In this document: positions 52,401 through 64,000 of the stretch, in pieces
How positions within the stretch are numbered: the stretch's first letter is position 1
Layout: each line of letters begins with the position of its first letter
DNA from: Eledone cirrhosa
Taxonomy: Eukaryota
Reading direction: 5' to 3'
Assembly (NCBI GenBank): GCA_964016885.1
Contig: OZ024746.1
Span: 14,880,001 to 14,944,000, forward strand
Length of the DNA stretch: 64,000 nt
Notes under the pieces: generated by a model
Told to the model about the DNA's origin: nothing
Database searches by the model: none
What the model saw: the letters and a program-made list of their open reading frames with translations, nothing else
Made by a program: the position numbers and the translations under genes

Positions 52401-55400
52401 GCTCCTCTGGACTCCGGCTATATATCACCTTGAAATCAATCATTGAGATGGACACAAGCCTTAAAGGAATGGACCTGTGTGCTGCAAGGGTCAACCGAAG
52501 ACTCTGGAGCTCAAATTTTCTCAATGCCTCACCACTGCCTCAAAGCATCAGTTGACTTAAGTGAATTATATTGACCTCAGTACATAACTGGTACTTTATT
52601 TTATCGATCTTGGAGAGATGAAAGGCAAACTTGGTTGAGATTTGAGCCCAGAATGTAAATAGCTGGAAGAAATACTGCAAAATATTTGTGCGACGCTCTA
52701 CCGATTATGCCAATCTACCACCCTACACTATCTTACCAATGAAAAAGTTAGTTATATTACTAAGTCACTCCAAATTCTTGATTGTTTGAAAACCATAGTC
52801 AGAGTCATTCATTAGAAATATGGTAACAAAAGGTTAAAGCCAATGGGAAAGTAAATGGTTGTTTCTTTTTCAGAGAGGTAATCCAATTTTAAAAGGTATC
52901 CGGAATGTTCCATGGGAATTTGGCAATATTGTACCTGATTATGAAATGGGGAAAGCTTGCTGTGCTCTTTTTCTCAGGTAAGATTTTCAGTTGCCTACAG
53001 TACATTGTCATTACATTGATGTTGTTTATAGCCCCCCCCCCTCTCTCTCTCTCTCTTTCTATATATATATATATATATATACAATGTTAAGGTATCAAAA
53101 GATATTTAATATATTTGATAACTGTGTTTCTTTTTAAATAAGCTCTATGGACTTTAGTTCAGAGCATCAATAATTCAAATTCAAAAGATATATTTAGATA
53201 GAAAGAGGAAGAGTCATATATAATTTGAGAATCACATTTTGTACACATATTTAATACAAATAATATTAAGGAAAAAAATATACATACATATGGAGGCACA
53301 TGGCTTAGTGGTTAGAGCATTGGCTTTGCAATCGAAAGGTTGTGAGTTCAATTCTCAGACCGGGTGATGTGTTGTTTCCTTGAGCAAGACACTTTATTTC
53401 AGATTGCTCCAGTTTACTCAGCTGTAGAAATGAGATGATAGGGACTGGGGTCCCTATCATTCCACTGCAAAGTGGTCATGGAGGTGCCACGGCAAAAAAG
53501 CACCCTGCACTCACTGTAAATGAGGTTGGTGTTAGGAAGGGCATCCAGCTGTAGAAATCAAGCCAGAATCAGTTCCCGTCCCACCCTTGCAAGCAGGGAA
53601 AAGCGGACATAAAATGATGATGATGATTAAGGAGGAATAAGTAATATTCCTGACAGTACTGTTTCACAGCACCAAGAGAACGTCAGGCAAATGGAAATTG
53701 ACCCAAGTAATTAATATTTTGTATTTTATACAGTGTGGGACATATCTAGGATGAGTAGCTCTTTGTCTTTTGTTGGCTTTTAACAGAATTGGTAATCGAT
53801 AATCAATCAATTGGATTAATTGCCATCTTTATATGCAGATATTTCTTCACGGGTCCCACAGAGGTGGAGGAGTGGCGTGTGTTGACTAGACTTCACATGT
53901 CCCACAGAGGTGGAGGAGTGGCGTGTACTGACTAGACTTCACATGTCCCACAGAGGTGGAGGAGTGGCGTGTGTTGACTAGACTTCACATGTCCCACAGA
54001 GGTGGAGGAGTGGCGTGTACTGACTAGACTTCACATGTCCCACAGAGGTGGAGGAGTGGCGTGTACTGACTAGACTTCACATGTCCCACAGAGGTGGAGG
54101 AGTGGCGTGTGCTGACTAGACTTCACATGTCCCACAGAGGTGGAGGAGTGGCGTGTGTTGACTAGACTTCACATGTCCCACAGAGGTGGAGGAGTGGCGT
54201 GTGCTGACTAGACTTCACATGTCCCATAGAGGTGGAGGAGTGGTGTGTGCTGACTAGACTTCACATGTCCCACAGAAGTGGAGGAGTGGTGTGTACTGAC
54301 TCTACTTCACATGTCCCACAGAGGTGGAGGAGTGGCGTGTACTGACTAGACTTCACATGTCCCACAGAGGTGGAGGAGTGGTGCGTACTGACTCTACTTC
54401 ACATGTCCCTCAGAGGTGGAGGAGTGGTGCGTACTGACTCTACTTCACATGTCCCACAGAGGTGGAGGAGTGGTGCGTACTGACTCTACTTCACATGTCC
54501 CTCAGAGGTGGAGGAGTGGTGCGTACTGACTCTACTTCACATGTCCCACAGAGGTGGAGGAGTGGTGCGTACTGACTCTACTTCACATGTCCCTCAGAGG
54601 TGGAGGAGTGGTGCGTACTGACTCTACTTCACATGTCCCACAGAGGTGGAGGAGTGGTGCGTACTGACTCTACTTCACATGTCCCACAGAGGTGGAGGAG
54701 TGGCGTGTGCTGACTAGACTTCACATGTCCCACAGAGGTGGAGGAGTGGCGTGTACTGACTAGACTTCACATGTCCCACAGAGGTGGAGGAGTGGTGCGT
54801 ACTGACTCTACTTCACATGTCCCTCAGAGGTGGAGGAGTGGTGCGTACTGACTCTACTTCACATGTCCCACAGAGGTGGAGGAGTGGTGCGTACTGACTC
54901 TACTTCACATGTCCCTCAGAGGTGGAGGAGTGGTGCGTACTGACTCTACTTCACATGTCCCACAGAGGTGGAGGAGTGGTGCGTACTGACTCTACTTCAC
55001 ATGTCCCTCAGAGGTGGAGGAGTGGTGCGTACTGACTCTACTTCACATGTCCCACAGAGGTGGAGGAGTGGTGCGTACTGACTCTACTTCACATGTCCCA
55101 CAGAGGTGGAGGAGTGGTGCGTACTGACTAGACTTCACATGTCCCTCAGAGGTGGAGGAGTGGCGTGTGCTGACTAGACTTCACATGTCCCTCAGAGGTG
55201 GAGGAGTGGCGTGTGCTGACTAGACTTCACATGTCCCTCAGAGGTGGAGGAGTGGCGTGTGCTGACTAGACTTCACATGTCCCACAGAGGTGGAGGAGTG
55301 GCGTGTGCTGACTAGACTTCACATGTCCCACAGAGGTGGAGGAGTGGCGTGTACTGACTAGACTTCACATGTCCCACAGAGGTGGAGGAGTGGTGCGTAC

Positions 55401-57417
55401 TGACTCTACTTCACATGTCCCTCAGAGGTGGAGGAGTGGTGCGTACTGACTCTACTTCACATGTCCCACAGAGGTGGAGGAGTGGTGCGTACTGACTCTA
55501 CTTCACATGTCCCTCAGAGGTGGAGGAGTGGTGCGTACTGACTCTACTTCACATGTCCCACAGAGGTGGAGGAGTGGCGTGTGCTGACTCTACTTCACAT
55601 GTCCCACAGAGGTGGAGGAGTGGCGTGTGCTGACTCTACTTCACATGTCCCACAGAGGTGGAGGAGTGGCGTGTGCTGACTCTACTTCACATGTCCCACA
55701 GAGGTGGAGGAGTGGCGTGTGCTGACTCTACTTCACATGTCCCACAGAGGTGGAGGAGTGGTGCGTACTGACTAGACTTCACATGTCCCACAGAGGTGGA
55801 GGAGTGGCGTGTGTTGACTAGACTTCACATGTGCCACAGAGGTGGAGGAGTGGCGTGTGCTGACTAGACTTCACATGTCCCTCAGAGGTGGAGGAGTGGC
55901 GTGTGCTGACTCTACTTCACATGTCCCACAGAGATGGAGGAGTGGCGTGTGTTGACTAGACTTCACATGTCCCACAGAGGTGGAGGAGTGGCGTGTGCTG
56001 ACTAGACTTCACATGTCCCACAGAGGTGGAGGAGTGGCGTGTACTGACTAGACTTCACAAGTCCCACAGAGGTGGAGGAGTGGCGTGTGCTGACTAGACT
56101 TCACATGTCCCACAGAGGTGGAGGAGTGGCGTGTACTGACTAGACTTCACATGTCCCACAGAGGTGGAGGAGTGGCGTGTGTTGACTAGACTTCACATGT
56201 CCCACAGAGGTGGAGGAGTGGCGTGTACTGACTAGACTTCACATGTCCCACAGAGGTGGAGGAGTGGCGTGTGTTGACTAGACTTCACATGTCCCACAGA
56301 GGTGGAGGAGTGGCGGGTGCTGACTAGACTTCACATGTCCCACAGAGGTGGAGGAGTGGCGTGTACTGACTCTACTTCACATGTCCCACAGAGGTGGAGG
56401 AGTGGCGTGTGCTGACTAGACTTCACAAGTCCCACAGAGGTGGAGGAGTGGCGTGTGCTGACTCTACTTCACATGTCCCACAGAGGTGGAGGAGTGGCGT
56501 GTGCTGACTCTACTTCACATGTCCCACAGAGGTGGAGGAGTGGCGTGTGTTGACTAGACTTCACATGTCCCACAGAGGTGGAGGAGTGGCGTGTGCTGAC
56601 TAGACTTCACATGTCCCACAGAGGTGGAGGAGTGGCGTGTGCTGACTAGACTTCACATGTCCCACAGAGGTGGAGGAGTGGCGTGTGCTGACTCGACTCG
56701 TTAGAAGCACATAGTCACAAATGTTCACCTGGGTGGTTTGTATCTTATCGTAATGTCGCTGCACTGTTAACCTAAACAGCAACATGCTTCGGTGGAGTCT
56801 TGAACACCTGAGCAGGTATTTTTGAGGACGCACTGTTCACTCATACGACATGGGAAGGGTTTAGAAAGGGTGACCTAAACAAAGCCTGTTCAGTCATCAA
56901 ACTGACCAGCAGCCTGCAGTTGGTGTTGTTTCACAATAGCAGGGAATTTGTTGAAGAGATGACCGTCTTCTGTAAAGAAGTAGCAGTTATATATAAGGGT
57001 TGGACTAATATGTATATGTGTGCGTAACTAAGACCATATATACTTTAACTAGAATGTAAACAAATCCAAACCATGCCTACCATGAAACCAAGTAAATGGA
57101 TACCACAATCCTACAATCAACCCAACCTGCTCCAATTACTGGTATGGGGGTGACAGATATTATCAGTCTGCAGCTATCATACTATGTAGTTTCTATTTAT
57201 CATCATCATCATCGTTTAACGTCTATCTTCCAAGCTAAACGATGATGATGATATCTGTCAACCCCATACCAGTAATTGGAGCAGGTTGGGTTGATTGTAG
57301 GATTGTGGTATCCATTTACTTGGTTGGGGGGGGGGGGGGGTGAAGAAAGAGACAGACAGGCAGAGAGTGGATGGAGTAGGAGAAAAATAAAGATAGAGGA
57401 AGGTAGAAAGAGAGGGA

Positions 57418-57478
<61 letters not shown>

Positions 57479-58899
57479 CGGCCCAGGATGGCTAAGTTAT
57501 GTTGGTCCCACAACATCCAGGCCGAAACAAATGAGATCGTGTAGGTGTCACGACAAAAAAACACACAGTCCACGCTGTAAATGTGGCCGTGTAGGCAACA
57601 CGGTAAAAACCTCCCAGCCCCACACTGTAAATGTGGTTGGTGTTAGGAAGGGCATCCAGCTGTAGAAAACCAGCCAGACAGTCCACGCTGTAATGTGGCC
57701 GTGTAGGCAACACGGTAAAAACCTCCCAGCCCCACACTGTAAATGTGGTTGGTGTTAGGAAGGGCATCCAACTGTAGAAAACCCGCCAGACAGTCCTATG
57801 CGAGCAAGACAACCACTCTTGCCTCAAGTGGGAAAACCCCCGTCCAAACCCATGCAAGCGTGGAACACGGACGCTAAACCTGATGATGATGATGATGATG
57901 ATGATAACTGCTCTACCCCAGGCGTAGAGCCCGTCGTCTTCTCCCTTCCTTCCTTGCCCTCATAGTCCTTGTAATTTATAGCCTTTTCTCCTACATTCCT
58001 ATACAGTCAGATCTGCGCTTCTTTACCCCTTCCCCTTTCTGTTCATTTGGTTTTGTTTTTATTTTTTTCTCTTTTTCTTTCATATTTCCATCAATATTTG
58101 TAATGTTATTTCTACAACTGAATTGATTTATTAAAAATAAAATATCTTATTTATGCTATTGTATATGTAAATATATATATTACATAATTCGATACAAATA
58201 GTTTGTATGTAAAGTACATCTCTAATTGTGTTATTAGTGACAAATAACTTTGTTTGATATATATATATATATATAACGAAGGAAATGTGGTAAGGAACCA
58301 GGTGGACCATAACGCACCAAAGTACTCAATACTTAGGGTTACGTGGGTAATAGGAACGAGTAGGACCCCGACGGCTGAGCTCTAGTCGTTTTGACGGCTA
58401 ATTCTGGACGTCCAGAATTAGCCGGCGAAACGGCTAGAGCTCAGCCGTCGGGGTCCTACTCGTTCCTATATATATATTATATTAATAAGAACGATGAAGT
58501 TTCGTTTACATGTATTTAGATCTTTATTGTGTATCGACTGAATCACCTACACTATATATATATAAGCATATGTCTATATTGTATGTCATTATTTTATTTT
58601 CTACAGTTTACGGTACCATCAATTACATTCAGAATATATACACAAACGGCTTGAGTCTCTTGGTAAAAGCTATGATTTGAGAGTATTACTTGTTCAGGTT
58701 GATGTGGTAAGGGGTTTCAGCTTATGAATTAATATTTTTGTTTGTATATGTTTGTGTATATGCTTGGGGGAAAATTCTCATCTTGTCTTACTACTCCAAT
58801 TAACAACCTGAATTAATGATAACAATGGCGTCATATTGATAACCAAATAATCTTTAGTGACACATTAAAAGTTAAAAGACCGTCACTTTGACTACACAT

Positions 58900-58954
<55 letters not shown>

Positions 58955-61900
58955 CACTACACAAACATACAATGCACATTATCATCAACTCTGAGGAATT
59001 CATCCACCGTTTTAACAGCTCTTGTTTTTTGTGCTGCTGGGATTCCACTTACCCTCCTCGCCAGATCAGGGTCTGGTGAGGGAGCTGGTTTAGTCACCGA
59101 TCACCCGACAATGAAGCAGGTTGAATTGGTTTACATGGTACCACTAGCAGGCAAAAGCCTGACCTGATCATTAATATTTATATATATACACAAAAGAGAA
59201 AAAAAGAGAGAAGGGAAAAAGAAAAGGGAGGGGGAAAAACAGTCCACGCTGTAATATGGTCGTGTAGGTAACATGGTAAAAAACTCCCAGTCCACACTGT
59301 AAACGTGGTTGATGTTAGGAAGGGCATCCATAGAAAACCTGCCAGATAGTCCTATACAAGCGTGACACGGTCACCCAACTAATCTAACCTCAAATGGGAC
59401 AATTCCCGTCTAACCCATGCTAGCATGGAAGATATGATGGTGATGATGATGATACACACACACAGTCTTTTTATTATTTCATTGTTAGTAACTCTGCATT
59501 TTATTAAATTTTCTTCATTTTCTTTCTCTTCCCAGAAAGACTGTTCTTATCTTCTCAAAGACTTAGGGAAAATCTGCATTCTTGCCAACTGCACAATGAT
59601 TCTTGCATTTACGTAAGTTATCACATGAAATGCATTTATCATTCTATCTTCTCCTCCTCATTCCTGGGAGGGACCATCATAGAATCAGGGGCAGTTTCAG
59701 GTGAGATAATAATGAGAAAGCTAGTTATATTACTAAGTCTCTTCAAATTCTTGATTATTTTCAAAGTTATTTGAAAGTTATCAGCAGTGTCTTCTTCTTC
59801 GCTCACTTATTCCTGGGAGGGTCATGTGGGACAGAGACTTCAAACACTCATTCCAGCAAGCCCTGTCCAAAGTAACTGTCCTCAAACGAGACCAGCCAAA
59901 CTCATGGATGCTATCCAACCATCTTACTTGGGGTCTCCTGCTGGTTGGTTTTGCCCATAAAATTTGTCCAGTAATTCTTTCTTGAGACATTCTGACCATA
60001 TATGGTAATGGAAGAGTTAAGGGATTTATTACTTCCAATGTTTCCCTCATTCTGTAGCCCTGAAATATGGTAATGAAAGGGTTAACCCTTTAGTGTTCAA
60101 ACCGCCCGAAACCGGCCAATAACACCCACACTAAAATATTGTTCTAAAAATAAACAAACCATCATCAAAATCTTGTAAATTTGAGATTACTGCGACATTA
60201 AGCCCTTACCACGAAAATTAACACTTAATATAGTGAAACACCTTAAAACAACATGTGTTTTTTTAACGTTGAAAGTAGAACAGATTTTTGTGTATCAACA
60301 TGGCTTGTGAAAGTAGTAATACCGACTTTGAAGGTTTTACACATGACGATATTCAGAATGAACAAGAAACAAAAGATAATATTAGTGATTTATCTTCAAA
60401 TGAATCAGATGTTTACATTTCTGAAATTTCATCTGACGATGATTGTTGTTTTGAAAATGAAAACGAAGCAGATCTCCAGGACGCCATTGAAAATATTACA
60501 GCAACGTGGTTGAAAAATACCACACCAATATATGTTCCCGATTTTATTCAAAATACTGGTCCACAACACACATTAGCTCCCGATGTTAAAGCACTGTATT
60601 ATTTCTTTTTGTTTTTACCACAAACTTTCTTTGAAGTTGTGGCAGAAGAGATTAATCGATATGCCCAACAACAGATTTCAAATCGAGGAAAACCCGATCT
60701 GTTTGGCGACCGACAGATGCTGCAGAAATGCAAGCATTTTTTACCGTAAATATGTTCGGTATAAAACAATTTCCAAGATTGTGGAATTACTGGAGCACTC
60801 ATATAAGGTTTAGTGATCCTTATATATCAAATATTATGCTGAAAACAACGTATTTAAAATTAAACCAGCATTTGCACCTGGTTGATACTTCAAATGCCCC
60901 TATTAATTAATTTCACCTGCTCATAAAAATTTAACCAAAAAAATCAGGTAAAATTATATAATTGTAAATTATTGATATTTAAACATCTACTGACAAAATT
61001 TCAAGCCTTGCACATAGAAAATTAAGAAAATTACAAACAAATAAAATTGATAACCCTCTTGAGTATGATTAACTCAAAATAATGCGAATAGATAAGCATG
61101 ACATTTGAAAATTAATGCGAATGTTAAAGGGTTAAGGGATACATTACATTAGATATTTACCTCTTTCTGTACTCCTGAAATATGGTAAAGAAAAGGTTAA
61201 GCGATATATTACTTCAAATGTCTCCCTCTTTCTGTAGCCCTGAAATATGGTTATGGGATACGTTACATTAAATGTTTCCCTCATTCTCTAACCCTGAAAT
61301 ATGGTTAAGGGACACATTATCTAAAATGCCTCCCTCTTTCTGTAGCCCTGAAATATGGTAATGATAGTGTTAAGGGGTACATTACATTAAATGTCTCCCT
61401 CTTTCTGTATCTCTGAAATATGATAATGATAGTGTTAAGGGATACATTACATCAAATGCCTCCCTCTTTCTGCAGCCCCGATGAAGCTGGTCGTTATCTT
61501 GAAACATATAAAATCTATGAAAATAAACCACCTAATGCCATTATGGAGAAGTCAGAGAAGGATTATTCATCAATGGTAGGTTTAAAATTTATATATTGAA
61601 TTACATTATTGATTAGTTATTATATATTGGAATGTACTATTGATATAAAATGATTGGTAATGGGAAGAGGACCTTTAGTTGTGTCAAGGGCATGACAACT
61701 TCGCTAGTGTTGGTGAGCTACACAATAAAAATACCCAGTACACTCTGTAAAGTGACTAGTGTTAAGAAGGGCATCCAGCCTTAGAAAGCTTGCCAAATCA
61801 AGTGGTTGGGAAGACCTTCAGTTTGTGTCAGAAGACAACAATTTATCTGCACTTGATGAACATGTAATTGCACTTAAGCGAGATGTGGACCCCTTGGCCT

Positions 61901-63686
61901 GACTGGGAGGTCTGGAGCTCTGCTTCAGTAATGACTTGGTTTATTTAGACCCAGGCCAGAAGGGAAAGCACACATTAAATGATGATATGGTGAATGTAGA
62001 TGATGTGTGAAAGCTGGAGAGAAATCAAGTGTTTATCCTCCAATGGATGTGTGGTGTTAGTAATGAAATACAGATGAGCTGGGAGAAATAGTGAGCACAA
62101 GGGGAGTCAGATGTAGTGTGCAAAAGAGAAGGGTGTGCTGGTATGGACATGTGAACCATATGCAGAATGATTGTTGAGTGAAGAAGTGCCAGGAAATGCT
62201 AGTGGGAGGAAGTTGCAGTAGAGAAAGGTCGAGGATGACCTGGGAAGAAGTGGTGAGAGCTGATCTAAAAACACTGAACCCCAATGAGGATATGACTAAG
62301 GAACCTTATGAGAAGAAGAAGGTTTTGCTGGAGAAGACCCGTCTAACCCAAGCAGGCAAGCATGGAAAAATGAATGTAAAATAATGATTGGCAGTAGAAT
62401 TGTTAGAGCGTTGGACACCATGCTTTGCAGTATAGAGTTATGTCCCTTTATGTTCTGAGTTCAAATGTCGCTGAAGTTAGTTTTGCCTTTCATCCTGACA
62501 GGGTTGATAAAATAAAGTACCAGTAATGAACTGGGGGAAGATTTAATCGACTTTAACTTCCCCCAAAATTGTTGATCTTGTGTCTAAATCAGAAACCATT
62601 ATCATCATCATCCACTTTTCCTTGACTTTCATGGGTTGACTGGAGCTTTATGTGGCAATATTTTACAGCCCGATGCTATTCTTCATACCAACCCTTTTAG
62701 TTGCATCATATGACAAACACAGATAAACTGTGTAATTGTTCTAGAAACACTTTATTTCACAGTGCTCCAGTTCACACAGCTGGTAAATGATGAGTTGTAC
62801 CTGTAATTGAAAGAGCCAGCCTTGTCACACACTGTCATGCTGAATCTCCCTGAGAACTACATTAAAAGTGTGTGTGTCTGTGGAATGTTCAGCCACTTGC
62901 ATGTCAATTTAATGAGCAGACTGTTCCATTGATTGAACAGCAGGAACACTTGTCAAAACCAACAATAACAACATCAAAAAACATCTACATTAAGAACAAC
63001 ATCTTCATCAACACCAACAACAACAACACAATCTTATTTTTCTTTGATTGCAGCTGACAGACTGTTTAACAACAGTGAAACAAATTAACAAGACTGACTG
63101 TGTTAACCTCATCTCCAAATTTATGGTGACTATGGCTTTTTATTTATTTTGGTTTTTTAGTTTAATGTTTTAAATTAACTTTTAACCTCCTGTACCACAT
63201 GAAACCACATCAGCAAGACATTCTTGTACAAAACAGTAGTCAGATAAGTTCCCATTTTCAGCTACTTTGTTATAAACATAATATACACTCACTATTCATC
63301 ATTGTCATTGTTATTTAATGTCTTTTTGGTTGTTTTCTCAGTTCTTGTTCCTTTACAAATAAAGGATAACAATGAACACACCATGTGCGTGTTTGTATAT
63401 ATATATCTGTCTGTAACTCTTTAAAATCTATCCACACATACATACACAAAATATATTTCCCATTTCAATCATGTTGCTACAATAAGTTCACTTTCCAACC
63501 ACAAGGTCCTGTTTAGCTTCTATCCCTACATTTGTCCCTGTAAATAGTTAATTCTCCAAAGATACACCTCCATTTAATCCTGTGTGTTAGTTACTCTCTA
63601 ATCCTGTTTATTTTCAGTCGTTAGATGCCATCATTCAAAGTGACAAAAAAGATTTTACCTTTTGTCCTGGTTTAGGGCCACGAAAA
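49478..63686 (+). CDS. ERCC1: DNA excision repair protein ERCC1 (last exon lies beyond the window)
   Basis: Exons 49478-49543, 50579-50865, 52004-52073 ([10 protein letters not shown]), 52874-52977 ([29 protein letters not shown]), 58607-58706 ([20 protein letters not shown]), 59536-59612, 61476-61575 ([16 protein letters not shown]), 63054-63125 ([11 protein letters not shown]) and 63618-63686 (CPGLGPRK, HhH). All are GT-AG and in phase. Confidence 0.95.
53290..53626 (+). mobile_element. Full-length tRNA-derived SINE with (ATG)n tail
   Basis: A box TGGCTTAGTGG, B box GAGTTCAATTC, central TCCTTGAGCAAGACACTT domain, a tail GGAAGGGCATCCAGC shared with many copies, and an ATGATGATG end. Confidence 0.8.
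53845..56697. repeat. Intronic satellite, 46 bp unit (TCCCACAGAGGTGGAGGAGTGGCGTGTGCTGACTAGACTTCACATG), ~62 copies
   Basis: Directly visible tandem array in ERCC1 intron 4. Confidence 0.97.
58350..58469. repeat. Palindrome, 60 bp arms, no spacer
   Basis: Centred on GACGTC (58407-58412), with three mismatches. Confidence 0.92.
60021..61480 (+). repeat. 54-65 bp tandem repeat containing the ERCC1 exon-7 splice acceptor (7 units, interrupted by piggyBac)
   Basis: Unit GGGATACATTAC..AAATG.CTCCCTCTTTCTGTAG|CCCTGAAATATGGTAATG..GTTAA. The last unit supplies the true acceptor at 61475. Confidence 0.85.
60086..61131 (+). mobile_element. Internally deleted piggyBac element with frameshifted PGBD-type transposase remnant
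   Basis: TTAA on both sides (60082-85, 61132-35). Imperfect TIRs CCCTTTAGTGTTC / GAATGTTAAAGGG. The ORF pieces at 60288-60910 have an acidic N-terminus followed by [20 protein letters not shown] and [31 protein letters not shown], typical of a piggyBac transposase N-half. Confidence 0.85.
62060..62390 (+). mobile_element. RTE-clade LINE 3' fragment
   Basis: [42 protein letters not shown], with an in-frame stop. Confidence 0.7.
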
Positions 63687-63738
63687 GTGAGTAGAAGTTT
63701 GTTTTCGCTCTATTTGTCTAACTATCTCTATCTCTCTA

Positions 63739-63790
<52 letters not shown>

Positions 63791-64000
63791 TATATCTGTC
63801 TACCTATTTTTTTTTCTCTCTCTCTGTTGGTCAGGAGTTGTAAGGGCACCATTGTAGCAGGACTTCAGCATTTTAGGTTTCAGGTTTCAATACAACTGTT
63901 TTCTTCCAAAGAAAGAGGAAGAGAGAGAGAGGGAGACAGAATTGATCCCCAGTCCTAGGCTGGTATTTTACTTATTGATTTTGAAAGTTAGGTGTCATCG

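Noticed and set aside
53845-56697. CRISPR-like array or coding repeat
   Set aside because: Contiguous 46 bp units without spacers, a period not divisible by 3, and no long ORF.

Overview
AT-rich, microsatellite- and SINE-laden animal genomic DNA. The repeat landscape suggests a cephalopod such as Octopus, but that is inference. I reconstructed five spliced genes by hand. (1) The last exons of an unidentified + strand gene ending at 1918. (2) A complete TTC4/Cns1 co-chaperone gene on the - strand with 11 coding exons, one intron being minor-spliceosome AT-AC type. (3) Phosphoglycerate kinase (PGK) on the - strand, with exon 1 apparently straddling a 200-N gap. (4) AKAP17A/XE7 on the - strand. 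(5) ERCC1 on the + strand, head-to-head with AKAP17A and running off the window. Introns hold two multi-kb satellites, many minisatellites, tRNA-derived SINEs, RTE and CRE-like LINE fragments, a decayed piggyBac, a mariner MITE and Helitron ends. The most unusual signals are: tandem arrays built from duplicated 3' splice sites in front of real exons in both PGK and ERCC1; several (TA)n-flanked fold-back palindromes carrying hammerhead-ribozyme motifs; the U12 intron in TTC4; and a satellite that appears to have been amplified from a SINE A-box.
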